Positions 38,432-47,779 of a stretch of DNA of 64,000 nt are shown here, one piece after another. The stretch is taken from the sequence record PQ724394.1, one strand, 5' to 3'. A program made the position numbers and the translations under genes. How positions within the stretch are numbered: the stretch's first letter is position 1; the number at the start of each line of letters is the position of its first letter. This DNA is from a phage. A model generated the notes under the pieces. That model had not been told where the DNA came from. It was given only the letters and a program-made list of their open reading frames with translations, and did no database searches.

Positions 38432-38992
38432 TTAAGGGTTCATAGTTGGGATAACAGAGTTCAGATAAGAGACTAAAACTTTTAGCTCGTCTTTAGTAAA
38501 TACCACTTCATTTTCACCGTCGTGTCTTTGGGTCAAGGATAGCAAATCACGACCCTGGTGTTGATACACGGATAATTCGGTATCATAATCCAGTTCTTCT
38601 TCATCACCTTCAAATGTTTCACTAGAACGAATCACCGCATCTTGACCTGGAACTTTCCATTCAACTTCAGGCTTGCATTCTTCCTGGAACAGTTTAAAAA
38701 TACATTTAAAGAAATTACTAGAATTCCTAATGCTTAGACATTCCGTATCAGTTTCGATATTAAATCCGTCTTCATTTTTATAAATCTGGGCCCATACATC
38801 GTCGTTAATATCAAACGATGCTCTATGGCGTCCATCAAGATACCCATCTTTATCCAAAACCTTTAAATCATAAAGTGGTTTAATATCTTGGATAGTTAGT
38901 ACGATTTTATCGTCTTCTTGGCAAATCTCAATAGCATTATCAACTACTTCAGCGGTCAGTTCACCAAACAGCTCAGATGTTTCGATAATCAT
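38432..38992 (-). CDS. hypothetical acidic protein (186 aa)
   Basis: ORF. Confidence 0.5.
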   Translation of the reverse strand: MIIETSELFGELTAEVVDNAIEICQEDDKIVLTIQDIKPLYDLKVLDKDGYLDGRHRASFDINDDVWAQIYKNEDGFNIETDTECLSIRNSSNFFKCIFKLFQEECKPEVEWKVPGQDAVIRSSETFEGDEEELDYDTELSVYQHQGRDLLSLTQRHDGENEVVFTKDELKVLVSYLNSVIPTMNP

Positions 38993-39002
38993 TTTTATTT
39001 CC

Positions 39003-39233
39003 TCAACGGTTATGTTTTAAAATACTATAAAGTTCTTCGACTTGGCTTGCATCCAGATAAATGACCTCGTCGTCTTGTTCCAGGACAATTCCACCTTTAA
39101 TAAGATTCCACTCTACCACTTCAACGGTCATATCATCACCAGAACCTGCTAATGTTTCAGGTTTCAAAACAATAACACCATCTTCAGAATTACCACTCGG
39201 GTCGTATAAACTCATCTCATGCTCCTGTGCCAA
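39003..39233 (-). CDS. hypothetical protein (76 aa)
   Basis: ORF. Confidence 0.4.
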   Translation of the reverse strand: MAQEHEMSLYDPSGNSEDGVIVLKPETLAGSGDDMTVEVVEWNLIKGGIVLEQDDEVIYLDASQVEELYSILKHNR

Positions 39234-39469
39234 CAGTTACGTGGCTCACGTTTAAAAATTTCATCATGCATTGACTGACAACCTATACAGTATATCACAC
39301 CTTTGATAGCTTGACGTCGTGCTTCAGGAATCTCTTCATCACAATCAAAACAATATTTAGCCGATTCACGTTCAACTGCTACTTGCTTACGGGCGTGTAC
39401 TATAGCGGCCTGTACGACCGCTTCCATTTCGAGCTGTTCAGCTCCGTCCTTAGCAAATCCAACAGCCAT
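39212..39469 (-). CDS. zinc-finger protein (85 aa)
   Basis: CFDCDEE...CIGC four-Cys motif, DksA/TraR-like arrangement. Confidence 0.4.
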   Translation of the reverse strand: MAVGFAKDGAEQLEMEAVVQAAIVHARKQVAVERESAKYCFDCDEEIPEARRQAIKGVIYCIGCQSMHDEIFKREPRNCWHRSMR

Positions 39470-39651
39470 TATGCTTTCAACTCATTAAGATACTCAACCA
39501 AGGCTGCTTTAGAGTTAGCCAAATCTCGTTTACACTGCTCTATTCCGGAATACGAATAGCCTTCGCAATGTTCTACTGCAATATCATAAGAATCGCGTTC
39601 AACATCGCTAGCAAGTTTGATAATTTTCTCAATCTGTTCAGTAGTTAACAT
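39469..39651 (-). CDS. hypothetical protein (60 aa)
   Basis: ORF. Confidence 0.35.
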   Translation of the reverse strand: MLTTEQIEKIIKLASDVERDSYDIAVEHCEGYSYSGIEQCKRDLANSKAALVEYLNELKA

Positions 39652-39655
39652 AATA

Positions 39656-39892
39656 TCACCAGTATTTGTTGATAGTAGAAATTAATTCTTGGGCTTGAGT
39701 GGTCTTCAGCTTACACCCACAACCCTTTAATGTGTCTTTAAGGAGCCATGGTTCCTTGAGCTCGTCCTTTTCTAGGCGAATTCTGTACCCTCGGTAGTCA
39801 GCAAATATACTTCGGTCGTCGAATATCTTAATCTCAAGGAGGTGGTTATTGATTTCGTATTCCAATGAAACCGTAGTACTTGTAAGTTTCAT
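39656..39892 (-). CDS. hypothetical protein (78 aa)
   Basis: Early promoter cassette upstream. Confidence 0.45.
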   Translation of the reverse strand: MKLTSTTVSLEYEINNHLLEIKIFDDRSIFADYRGYRIRLEKDELKEPWLLKDTLKGCGCKLKTTQAQELISTINKYW

Positions 39893-39919
39893 ACTGTTCT
39901 CCTCATTAGTTGATAGGTC

Positions 39920-39949
39920 TATAGTATCACGTTCCTAGAGGATGTAAAC
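39920..39949 (-). promoter_or_regulatory. early promoter cassette
   Basis: Full conserved motif copy upstream of 39656-39892. Confidence 0.65.
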
Positions 39950-39956
39950 ACTAAAA

Positions 39957-39984
39957 CGAAAAAAGGTCCCACCGAAGTGAGACC
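39957..39984 (-). terminator. intrinsic terminator
   Basis: GGTCTCAC-TTCG-GTGGGACC hairpin plus T-run. Confidence 0.65.
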
Positions 39985-39989
39985 TTTGA

Positions 39990-40376
39990 TTATTCTAACG
40001 TTAACAAATACTTAGTCTGGTAAAAGACACCAGTGATGTCGTCCAAAGTCGATTGGATGGCCTTAGGAAGATTTTTGTAGATTTTATCAGACGCTTTAAT
40101 AAGTTCATCAAGAAAATCTATGGGGTCTTTAGGCAGTTCTGAAGCAGATGGTAGTGATGCTTTATATTCTTTGCCACTAAATCCTAAATACTGTTCACTG
40201 AACTGGTCTAGTGGTCCTTGAACTTCTGTATAATAGAAGTCATATGCTTTGTGTCTTGCATAGCTTTTGGTTTCCAAATGGGCTGACTTAAAATAGGCTA
40301 AAGAAACCAACAGCCAGCCAATATAAGAATCTACTTCAGTCCCTCGACTAAGTACGAAATCATTGAATTTCATCAT
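39990..40376 (-). CDS. hypothetical protein (128 aa)
   Basis: ORF; hairpin terminator downstream. Confidence 0.45.
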   Translation of the reverse strand: MMKFNDFVLSRGTEVDSYIGWLLVSLAYFKSAHLETKSYARHKAYDFYYTEVQGPLDQFSEQYLGFSGKEYKASLPSASELPKDPIDFLDELIKASDKIYKNLPKAIQSTLDDITGVFYQTKYLLTLE

Positions 40377-40653
40377 CTACCTTCATTAGTTTAGCGTATC
40401 GTTCTCCGATAGCCCGACCTTCAATCGAGCAAGACTCTATTGTATTGCAATTTGAAATTTTCCAAGAAGCAGTTACATAAGCCCAGTAGTCTTCGGAGGC
40501 CTTTACACTAGGTTTACTCATTTGCGCATAAACTGGCATCGCACTACTAGCAAAGGCGTCCATCAATTTAGGGTCGGATTTGTTTGCTAGTGAAGATGTT
40601 GGGCTTAAACATCCAATCATAAGGATACAAGCCACTGTACGGAAAATACCCAT
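40360..40653 (-). CDS. rI: RI-like lysis inhibition regulator (periplasmic antiholin)
   Basis: 97 aa; N-terminal signal-anchor; same length and position relative to tk as T4 rI. Confidence 0.5.
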   Translation of the reverse strand: MGIFRTVACILMIGCLSPTSSLANKSDPKLMDAFASSAMPVYAQMSKPSVKASEDYWAYVTASWKISNCNTIESCSIEGRAIGERYAKLMKVDDEIQ

Positions 40654-40743
40654 ACAAAAGTCCTTTGTTATTTTATACGAATTTGCCTTTCGGCCTTAAC
40701 CGATAGCGATTACCAAAAGCTAAAGCTCTACGGTTAGTATTAC

Positions 40744-40751
40744 TATTTATA
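40744..40751 (-). promoter_or_regulatory. late promoter candidate (TATAAATA) upstream of rI
   Basis: Exact TATAAATA about 90 nt upstream of the rI-like ATG, in a structured leader. Confidence 0.35.
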
Positions 40752-41025
40752 GCTTTTTAAGCTTGCGACAATAAGAATAGAACACGTCGTTAAAATTATA
40801 TTCAACCCAATTCCTCTGTATAGGCGAGGTAATGGAAAGCATATAATGCGCTTTAATTAAATCCATCCCATTTTTATTAGGGCATTCTTTATTATTAGCA
40901 TTATACGTCGCTGCTACAACTTCTATCTCTCTTTTGTAAGCCGCATCATCCATGATGGGCGAAAGAACAATATAAGAGATGGCCACAGCGAACGCTAGAA
41001 TTAAAATCTTTGAATTTAGGTCCAT
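40747..41025 (-). CDS. hypothetical membrane-anchored protein (92 aa)
   Basis: N-terminal hydrophobic helix. Confidence 0.4.
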   Translation of the reverse strand: MDLNSKILILAFAVAISYIVLSPIMDDAAYKREIEVVAATYNANNKECPNKNGMDLIKAHYMLSITSPIQRNWVEYNFNDVFYSYCRKLKKL

Positions 41026-41032
41026 AGTACCC

Positions 41033-41605
41033 TCAACTCGTTATTTCTATCCAGTGCTTCCTGCACAATGACACGTAAGAATCGTTGCCACCTATAGAAA
41101 CTTGGGCTCCGTCCTTAATTGCGACACCATCTTGGACCCTAGCAGTCATAGTAGCTTTACGGCCGCAATGGCACACACCTTTGTACTCAACGAGTTTATC
41201 TGCCGTAGCGAGTAATTCGGCAGAACCAGGAAACAGTTTACCCTGAAAATCAGTTCTTAGCCCATAACACATAACCGGAACGTTATAATTGTCTACTATC
41301 TTTGCCAGTTGTTTTATCTGTGTAGGTTCTAAGAACTGTGCTTCATCCACAAACACACAGTGGATATCTTTTTGAGATTCAGCCCAACGATAGAACTCGT
41401 ATAGGTCCATATCTGGAGTCACTGCATTAGCCTCTTGACTAATCCCTATACGAGACGAAATGGTATGGCTTGATTCTCTATTGTCTATCGCAGGCTTTAA
41501 AAGGAGCACGCCCATACCACGTTCTTTATAATTATGGGCGGCCGTTAGCAATGAAGCGGTTTTACCGGAGTTCATTGCCGCGTAGTGAAAATAAAGTTGA
41601 GCCAT
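41033..41605 (-). CDS. tk: thymidine kinase
   Basis: 190 aa; P-loop NSGKTASLL; C-terminal CxCG zinc motif. Confidence 0.9.
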   Translation of the reverse strand: MAQLYFHYAAMNSGKTASLLTAAHNYKERGMGVLLLKPAIDNRESSHTISSRIGISQEANAVTPDMDLYEFYRWAESQKDIHCVFVDEAQFLEPTQIKQLAKIVDNYNVPVMCYGLRTDFQGKLFPGSAELLATADKLVEYKGVCHCGRKATMTARVQDGVAIKDGAQVSIGGNDSYVSLCRKHWIEITS

Positions 41606-41784
41606 ATTACCTTCTTAAAGACTATTTACATAAGCAATTAATTCATTTTCCTTTTTAGAAAACTCATCCTCTTCGCCGCCTCTCCAATCCCAATCCAGAG
41701 AGTTATCAAATTCGCATTCTATATTAAGTTCCATGAGCTCATGGATAAGCTCAAACAATTTGTCTTTCTGTTCTTTACTCAAAC

Positions 41785-41991
41785 TCATTTGGGTTCCCCA
41801 TATCGCACAAATTTAGGATGTTCGCAATAACCGGAATGAAAACCTTCACCCTTATGATTAGAACATCCTTTATTAGAACAGTACCACCAGTAATCAAATT
41901 CACATTCCATTTCATCGTTGCATAAAGCGGCGATTACTGGCCATTCGCATTTTTCACATTTGGCCGTTTTAAGAATTCGGGCTTGGCTCAT
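41785..41991 (-). CDS. hypothetical Cys-rich protein (68 aa)
   Basis: Multiple Cys/His (CEKCEW...CSNKGCSNH...C). Confidence 0.4.
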   Translation of the reverse strand: MSQARILKTAKCEKCEWPVIAALCNDEMECEFDYWWYCSNKGCSNHKGEGFHSGYCEHPKFVRYGEPK

Positions 41992-42185
41992 AATTCAATT
42001 CCGTCCATAGCCAAAATTCTTTTTCGTTGGGCCTTGAGAGCTGTTTGGGTTTTGTCATAATCTTCTTGACTACCGCTAGGCTGTAAAGCCGCTACTTTTT
42101 TGGCCAAGTGAATAAGCTTATCCAAGTTTTCAACAATACGTTCTTGTTCTTCATTCAGGCTCATAACCATTGCACCTTTAAGCAA
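41988..42185 (-). CDS. hypothetical protein (65 aa)
   Basis: ORF. Confidence 0.35.
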   Translation of the reverse strand: MLKGAMVMSLNEEQERIVENLDKLIHLAKKVAALQPSGSQEDYDKTQTALKAQRKRILAMDGIEL

Positions 42186-42373
42186 TATTCTTCTACATGC
42201 TGTTTACGTTTATTTTTATCTATAAAAGTATATTCAACATATTCACCGATATACCATTTATCCGTGTTGTGTTGGCTTTTTATAGGGCATTTAGTTACTC
42301 GGGTTTCGGTCCAGCGCCGAATAATTTCGGCTTTGTTTTTAGGGTCAAACGGATGTGGGTAGTGTGCTTTCAT
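42161..42373 (-). CDS. hypothetical protein (70 aa)
   Basis: ORF. Confidence 0.35.
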   Translation of the reverse strand: MKAHYPHPFDPKNKAEIIRRWTETRVTKCPIKSQHNTDKWYIGEYVEYTFIDKNKRKQHVEEYCLKVQWL

Positions 42374-42824
42374 AATCCACCACTATTAAATCAATATCAG
42401 GGGTAAACATGTCGATTAATTTAGAAACCTTGTCCCAATCACCGCCAGCAATACCACAACCAATGCGAGGAATATAAATTCTTGGTTTAAACAAAAGAGT
42501 TTCTGCTTGTAGATTTAATTCTATCATACAGTTTACTAAAGCACCGTAATCAAGATTAGGGCCTGGTTCGTATTGTGTATACAAGTTATAGCACATACCA
42601 AACCCTGCAGGCTTATGTTTAAAAACAATAGACATGTCGCCTAATTTATCACGAGAACCGTATTCAGTAGTGGTCTTATCAATTTCTAATATTTTAGGAT
42701 AGGCTCTTGCTAATTGACCAGCAACACCTGAACCCATAGTATGAAAACAGTTGCACCCATGTGCAATAATATTACCTTGGAGAAACAGGGCGACGATATC
42801 GCCCTTAATATAATCAATAATCAT
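42345..42824 (-). CDS. macro-domain protein (ADP-ribose binding/hydrolase family)
   Basis: 159 aa; macro motifs HGCNCF.TMGSGVAGQL and PRIGCGIAGG. Confidence 0.7.
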   Translation of the reverse strand: MIIDYIKGDIVALFLQGNIIAHGCNCFHTMGSGVAGQLARAYPKILEIDKTTTEYGSRDKLGDMSIVFKHKPAGFGMCYNLYTQYEPGPNLDYGALVNCMIELNLQAETLLFKPRIYIPRIGCGIAGGDWDKVSKLIDMFTPDIDLIVVDYESTLPTSV

Positions 42825-43177
42825 TTAGAGTTTAGCCCTCGGTTGTAAGAGTCAACGAGTCTGTCTACCATAGACGCGCACATTTCTTTGTACTTTTTAT
42901 CAGATGGAACACATTCAGTAACGTTTAGACGTTGCTCGTATCTTTTAGAAAGAGTTTTCTCTTTCATTCGGCGATGCTCGACGTCGTTCTGCCCATCTTT
43001 AAAAGCAGCTGTTATTTTTGAACTGAATTCAATAACACATTCAGTATTACTCGGATGACAATAATCTTTTGCTGTACGGGTGGCATACTCGACAATTGAA
43101 TTATTTGTATCATCAACCTGTGATGCTAATACTCCCGGAGCAATCAACATAAGCGCTATAGTCATCTGTTTAATCAT
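42821..43177 (-). CDS. secreted hypothetical protein (118 aa)
   Basis: N-terminal signal peptide. Confidence 0.45.
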   Translation of the reverse strand: MIKQMTIALMLIAPGVLASQVDDTNNSIVEYATRTAKDYCHPSNTECVIEFSSKITAAFKDGQNDVEHRRMKEKTLSKRYEQRLNVTECVPSDKKYKEMCASMVDRLVDSYNRGLNSK

Positions 43178-43717
43178 TTAATATACCGCCTCAAACATCT
43201 TTTTAGATTTTAGGTAATTGGCCTTTTCTAGAACTTCGGAAGCATATTTACTGCCTGCTTTGACATTCCAGCCCGCATTATAAGAAGCAATCGCTTTTCT
43301 CAGGTCACCTTTGTGAACATTAATCCAATAAGACAGCTCAATGTAGGCCCAAGAGGCACTGTTCTGTCGTTTTTGGACCATACGAATTATTTCTTTGTCT
43401 GACATCTTCCAACCTACCTGTTGAACACGACTTCTTAACGTAGGCAAGTAATTTTGGAACATGCCATAAGCATGGTGCTTATCTTTATTTAAACCTTGAT
43501 TAATTCCAGCAGATGATTCCTGCCATAATAATCCGGCCATTATATATCCTAATCCTTTTTGATTAGGGTTTTCTTTGAACTTTCCCGACTTTTGGTATTG
43601 TTCACCGAAAGCATACGCATAATGTAAATTATCGAGTTGTTCATTACTGAAAGTAGGCTCTACGCTATAGGCAGACATACTAACTGTCAATAGTAAAGTG
43701 GCTAATACTTTTTTCAT
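43178..43717 (-). CDS. secreted lytic-transglycosylase-like protein (SLT domain)
   Basis: Signal peptide; LWQESSAG and SYNAGW motifs. Confidence 0.55.
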   Translation of the reverse strand: MKKVLATLLLTVSMSAYSVEPTFSNEQLDNLHYAYAFGEQYQKSGKFKENPNQKGLGYIMAGLLWQESSAGINQGLNKDKHHAYGMFQNYLPTLRSRVQQVGWKMSDKEIIRMVQKRQNSASWAYIELSYWINVHKGDLRKAIASYNAGWNVKAGSKYASEVLEKANYLKSKKMFEAVY

Positions 43718-43729
43718 GAGACCTCATTA

Positions 43730-44188
43730 TTAAAGATAGATTACTTTCGTGCTGGTTTTACCTTCTAAACGTTTAGAGTTAACAAATGCCATACGACATT
43801 TTAATGAATATCCTTTATCAGGATGTTTACGATCTACGGTCATACCCAACCATAAGGTTTTATCGGTAATCTCGAGACGCAGTGGACGATACACCTTACC
43901 TGGAATAATTTCAGATTCTACGTCAGGAAGAGGCTCCTGGATTAAAAATTCATGGATTTCTTTAACATGATTGTGGAGCTTCTTGAACAAAGAGAAAACA
44001 TATTTTTCGTCAATTTCACGTTGGATAGCACGGTCCAACAAGTGATTAGAGTACTTAATAAAGAAAGCTGGGACCCCGCTCTTAATGGCGGCTTTTTTGA
44101 TGGACGCGTTAAGTTCACGAAATTCGGTTTCGAACTGACGACGTAATTTGTTGCGGCGGATGAATACTTCTGAATTAATTTCTGACAT
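43730..44188 (-). CDS. regB: RegB endoribonuclease
   Basis: 152 aa from MSEINSEVFIRRNKLRR; strong similarity to T4 RegB; the longer frame runs into the promoter cassette. Confidence 0.85.
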   Translation of the reverse strand: MSEINSEVFIRRNKLRRQFETEFRELNASIKKAAIKSGVPAFFIKYSNHLLDRAIQREIDEKYVFSLFKKLHNHVKEIHEFLIQEPLPDVESEIIPGKVYRPLRLEITDKTLWLGMTVDRKHPDKGYSLKCRMAFVNSKRLEGKTSTKVIYL

Positions 44189-44215
44189 TTTGTAATCTCC
44201 TGTAGTTGATAGGTC

Positions 44216-44245
44216 TATAGTACCACGTCTACAGGAGATGTAAAC
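44216..44245 (-). promoter_or_regulatory. early promoter cassette
   Basis: Full conserved motif copy upstream of regB. Confidence 0.65.
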
Positions 44246-44250
44246 TGCTT

Positions 44251-44529
44251 TTAGTATTTTTCCTCGGGTTGGAAAACGGAACGACAGGCCCACATGGATG
44301 CTTCTTTCAAGCGTTCGATTGCCGTGCGAATCTGGGCGAGACGTTCATGAGTGAGGTCGAATTCTTCACCACTCATTTTATCAACACCTGAGCATGTAAA
44401 GGCTTCAACGTATTCTTCTTCTAGTGCTTTAAAGATTAAGCCTAATCGAACTTCAGCATCTTTAATGGCATTCACTTTACTGATTTTATCGTCGGTATGT
44501 GGCTTGTAACCCTTGATATCTTCAATCAT
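44251..44529 (-). CDS. hypothetical protein (92 aa)
   Basis: ORF. Confidence 0.4.
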   Translation of the reverse strand: MIEDIKGYKPHTDDKISKVNAIKDAEVRLGLIFKALEEEYVEAFTCSGVDKMSGEEFDLTHERLAQIRTAIERLKEASMWACRSVFQPEEKY

Positions 44530-44744
44530 TTCGCTTCCTCATCAGATGCAATATCATATTCTACAAAACGAAGGCCATCGTATCCACCACTAACAGAGAT
44601 ATACGTAGTCGGGTAAACAATTTCTTTACCATTCCATTGGCCGCCGTCCCAACATTCCATAAAGCCTTGTTCGCCCTGTTCGTGGAACCAGTCAACAAAC
44701 ATCTTCAGAGCTTCATCAGAGCCTTCAATTGTCAATTTAGACAT
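44526..44744 (-). CDS. hypothetical protein (72 aa)
   Basis: ORF. Confidence 0.4.
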   Translation of the reverse strand: MSKLTIEGSDEALKMFVDWFHEQGEQGFMECWDGGQWNGKEIVYPTTYISVSGGYDGLRFVEYDIASDEEAK

Positions 44745-45033
44745 ATTTTTTCCAGTCAGAAATCATATGAATCTCTTGGTCATACGTCAAGAGACTGCGA
44801 GTAATAATACCCTTACACGGCCCTGAGATGAACTCGAGGGTGAAGTAAGGAACCTGTTTCATTAATCGGATGCTTGGGGCATGACATCTAAAACGAGAGC
44901 CCTTAAAGGGCCCTGACATGAATACATATTCCAATGGATAGAAATAAGCATATTCGAAATTTGCAGTAAGGTCCTCTCTTCGAACCTTACGTGAGAAATA
45001 ACAGAACTCAAAAAGCTCTTCATCAGTCATCAT
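44737..45033 (-). CDS. hypothetical protein (98 aa)
   Basis: ORF. Confidence 0.4.
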   Translation of the reverse strand: MMTDEELFEFCYFSRKVRREDLTANFEYAYFYPLEYVFMSGPFKGSRFRCHAPSIRLMKQVPYFTLEFISGPCKGIITRSLLTYDQEIHMISDWKKYV

Positions 45034-45557
45034 TGCATTCCTATCACAAAGAACAGTGGCAGAGGTTTAGAACCCTGGCACATAAATTTGTTAATCATTA
45101 CCTGGTAAGCTTCATAGAACTTATCCATCGATGGAAGGCGCATTGGCTCTTCGATAATAATCAATAATCGAGTAACTGATAGACCACGATACTTATGGAA
45201 GTTATCTTCGTCTAAAAATGAACGCACAGTATCATATACAACAAACCCAGGACCTTCTACCTGAAGGTGTGGGTGGGCCTTAGAAACCCTTTTTATTATA
45301 TTACAGATTTCTCGTGAGCGATGCGAAGAACTCGACATAACAATCACATCATTACCCTTGGAAACCCAATCAGCCGCGAACTGGGCAAGGGCACTTGTTT
45401 TACCTGTTTGACGCCCACCGTCAAGTCGAAGAGTACCAAACTCTTGCATTCTTGAAGTAGGTTCGTACCAGGTATATTGGTCTGAGTCTAAACGTTCAAT
45501 GGCGCGTTCAGCGAAGGCGTGCATTAAGGTTAGATAAATAGGGGTTAAAAATTTCAT
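45030..45557 (-). CDS. hypothetical P-loop protein (175 aa)
   Basis: Walker-A-like GGRQTGKTS and hydrophobic-Glu-Glu Walker-B-like LLIIIEEP. Confidence 0.45.
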   Translation of the reverse strand: MKFLTPIYLTLMHAFAERAIERLDSDQYTWYEPTSRMQEFGTLRLDGGRQTGKTSALAQFAADWVSKGNDVIVMSSSSHRSREICNIIKRVSKAHPHLQVEGPGFVVYDTVRSFLDEDNFHKYRGLSVTRLLIIIEEPMRLPSMDKFYEAYQVMINKFMCQGSKPLPLFFVIGMQ

Positions 45558-45704
45558 AGTGGTCTCTTAGTTGTGGGCCGTTCCTTGGCACATTAATTCG
45601 TCCCTTTCTGCATTTACCCATTACCGCACTTGGGCTCGACCTTATTACAGGTTGGCAGGAGTCCCTCACAGAATTGTGAGGTCCAGGTTGCTCCCATTTA
45701 ATTA

Positions 45705-46064
45705 TTAAAGATGGTCAAGTGCTGGGTTGTGAGGTTTTTCTGCTTTAGTAGTGTTTTTGTGCCAATCTGATTTAGAGACACGAATTGCATCAGCGCCATA
45801 AGAACTCTTAAGGATGCCTTTTTTATTGTACACACTTACTGAAGTAAGAGAATCACCGTTCCAAGTAGCATGGACGAAGTTGGATTTAGATTTAAGCTCT
45901 TTAGCCAGGCTCTGATTAGTAGCCATAGAAGCAAAATCTTTACCCGTAACTTTAAAGACTTCAGACGGGTTCAGGCCTTCTTTAGCCTTAGCCAACTGTT
46001 CAGGCGACATACCTTCATTAATGCGTTGGGTAGATTCTGTAATAAATTCTTGATAAGTTTTCAT
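45705..46064 (-). CDS. internal-protein-like head protein with capsid targeting leader
   Basis: N-terminus MKTYQEFITE|S matches the T4 internal-protein leader with prohead-protease site after Glu10. Confidence 0.55.
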   Translation of the reverse strand: MKTYQEFITESTQRINEGMSPEQLAKAKEGLNPSEVFKVTGKDFASMATNQSLAKELKSKSNFVHATWNGDSLTSVSVYNKKGILKSSYGADAIRVSKSDWHKNTTKAEKPHNPALDHL

Positions 46065-46106
46065 ATTATTCCTTAAGTTGATAGAAGTATTCTATCACGG
46101 ATTTAA

Positions 46107-46523
46107 TTAAGCGTAAATAGCCTTGCCATAGTGTTTGTACCAGGTAGGACGTTGTGCAATTTTTTCATCCAAACGGGCTTGTGAAATAGCGATAGAAGCT
46201 TCGTGAGGAACATAATCACCACGGAATTCCTGAGGAATATCACTAATGTCCTGGACTGTAGTATCCTTGATATTAAAGCCACGTTTTAAACATTCAGCTA
46301 TAAGCTCAATTTGACGCTTACGTAAAAATTCAAGCTTATCATAAAAGAATGTAACATGGCCCGTACCAAGTATAAAAGTAGGGCTGATTTTAAAATCACG
46401 AACACGTTTACCGTTAGCAACATGCTTACGAACCGCACCGAAAACACGTGGTAATTCACGGTATTCAGCCATTAAGTGTTGGTCAGCCAATTCAGATACT
46501 AAGGTAAGGTTGATACGAGTCAT
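46107..46523 (-). CDS. denV: endonuclease V (pyrimidine-dimer DNA glycosylase)
   Basis: 138 aa; essentially identical to T4 DenV as recalled ([29 protein letters not shown]). Confidence 0.95.
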   Translation of the reverse strand: MTRINLTLVSELADQHLMAEYRELPRVFGAVRKHVANGKRVRDFKISPTFILGTGHVTFFYDKLEFLRKRQIELIAECLKRGFNIKDTTVQDISDIPQEFRGDYVPHEASIAISQARLDEKIAQRPTWYKHYGKAIYA

Positions 46524-46548
46524 TTTAATCTCCTGTAGTTGATAGGTC

Positions 46549-46578
46549 TATAGTATCATGCCTACTGGAGATGTAAAC
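46549..46578 (-). promoter_or_regulatory. early promoter cassette
   Basis: Full conserved motif copy upstream of denV. Confidence 0.65.
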
Positions 46579-46583
46579 TGCTT

Positions 46584-47072
46584 TTATCTATAAGCGGCCC
46601 AAGTACCTGTTTTAAAGGCGGCGATAACACGCTTGGCACGATTCGGGGTTTGCTTGTACCAACGAGACTGCGCCAGGTTAACTGCGGCGTCATCCCAACG
46701 TTTCTGTTGGAGCATACGCAGAGAGTTGGTAAACCCCGCTACACCAGCTTCACCCATTTGGAAGACCATATTAATCAATGCACAACGACGAACTTCGTCC
46801 AGCACATCATAAACTGGTTTCAATTTAGGATTACGCATTATAGCTCTACGAGCATTTTCCACTGAACGATTAAAGAGTTGTTCAGCTTCAGCCATAGTAA
46901 TACGACCATTACAAACTCGACCCATAAGCTTATCAAGTTCAGCGCGAGCAACATCTTTAGATGGGTTCTTGGTAACTAACTGGCCTATACCAATAGTCCA
47001 ATAACCTTCAGTGTCTTTATAAAGATTTAAATCAAGACCTTCGTCTTGACGTAACATATCAAAAATATCCAT
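46584..47072 (-). CDS. e: lysozyme (endolysin)
   Basis: 162 aa; matches T4 lysozyme ([16 protein letters not shown], catalytic Glu/Asp/Thr context). Confidence 0.95.
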   Translation of the reverse strand: MDIFDMLRQDEGLDLNLYKDTEGYWTIGIGQLVTKNPSKDVARAELDKLMGRVCNGRITMAEAEQLFNRSVENARRAIMRNPKLKPVYDVLDEVRRCALINMVFQMGEAGVAGFTNSLRMLQQKRWDDAAVNLAQSRWYKQTPNRAKRVIAAFKTGTWAAYR

Positions 47073-47095
47073 AATTACCTCCTGATTATAGGAGG

Positions 47096-47103
47096 TATTT
47101 ATA
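47096..47103 (-). promoter_or_regulatory. late promoter (TATAAATA) for lysozyme gene e
   Basis: Exact TATAAATA immediately upstream of a CCTCC...GGAGG hairpin that contains the e Shine-Dalgarno. Confidence 0.65.
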
Positions 47104-47550
47104 TCAAAAGAGTGAATCTAAAACCTTAAACATCGACTGGCCCATGACGTATTCCCATTGCGGACGTTTAATCAAAGCGAAAGCGTCGAATTCTGGAATC
47201 GTACGACCATCAGGGAACGTATGGTAAGCCGTACATTTGCAATTCTTGAACTGCTCGTGTTCGACAGGCACAGTATATAAGAACAGGTGTAGATTCTTAT
47301 TGCTTGAATATTTGAACTCACCTAGGTCTTTCAGGAACGCAGGGTCGTATGCCGTGAATCCAATCTCTTCTTCGGTTTCACGCATTGCTGCTTGAATAGG
47401 CTCTTCGCCTGGTTCGACATGACCTTTAGGAATGTCCCATTTATGACGCATGTTCTCTGGATTACGAGAGCCTGTTACACGACCCATAACCAATTCTTTA
47501 TCGGCGGTCATGAACAAAATACCTGCGGATAATTCTTTAACTTTACTCAT
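47104..47550 (-). CDS. nudE: Nudix hydrolase
   Basis: Nudix box [23 protein letters not shown]; start at [10 protein letters not shown]. Confidence 0.8.
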   Translation of the reverse strand: MSKVKELSAGILFMTADKELVMGRVTGSRNPENMRHKWDIPKGHVEPGEEPIQAAMRETEEEIGFTAYDPAFLKDLGEFKYSSNKNLHLFLYTVPVEHEQFKNCKCTAYHTFPDGRTIPEFDAFALIKRPQWEYVMGQSMFKVLDSLF

Positions 47551-47779
47551 CGTCTCGTTTCCATGATTGTTCAAAAATATCTCGTATAATAATTTCAACA
47601 CACGTTTCTGTTGACGGACTTTCACTATCAGATATTTGGACCATATAATCAGAAATAGGTCGGAACAAATCCAAGTCGCTTTCTAAATCTTCTTTGATTT
47701 TCTCTTCTGATGTTCCAGTGTCATAGGAATACAGATACGAATCGCATGACTCGGATTTAATATAAATCGCAATACTCAT
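47543..47779 (-). CDS. hypothetical acidic protein (78 aa)
   Basis: ORF. Confidence 0.4.
   Translation of the reverse strand: MSIAIYIKSESCDSYLYSYDTGTSEEKIKEDLESDLDLFRPISDYMVQISDSESPSTETCVEIIIRDIFEQSWKRDDE

Noticed and set aside
43730-44293. Longest frame of regB (187 aa) and similar N-terminal extensions of 31769-32839, 47104-47625, 49064-49354, 50801-51232, 53352-54020, 54477-54755, 57487-57684
   Set aside because: Each extension reads through the upstream promoter cassette or neighbouring gene; internal ATGs with good RBS were used.
44251-45033. Assigning one of the small ORFs near regB as the Acb2/vs.4 cyclic-nucleotide sponge
   Set aside because: I cannot recall the Acb2 sequence well enough to match any ORF; left as hypothetical proteins.
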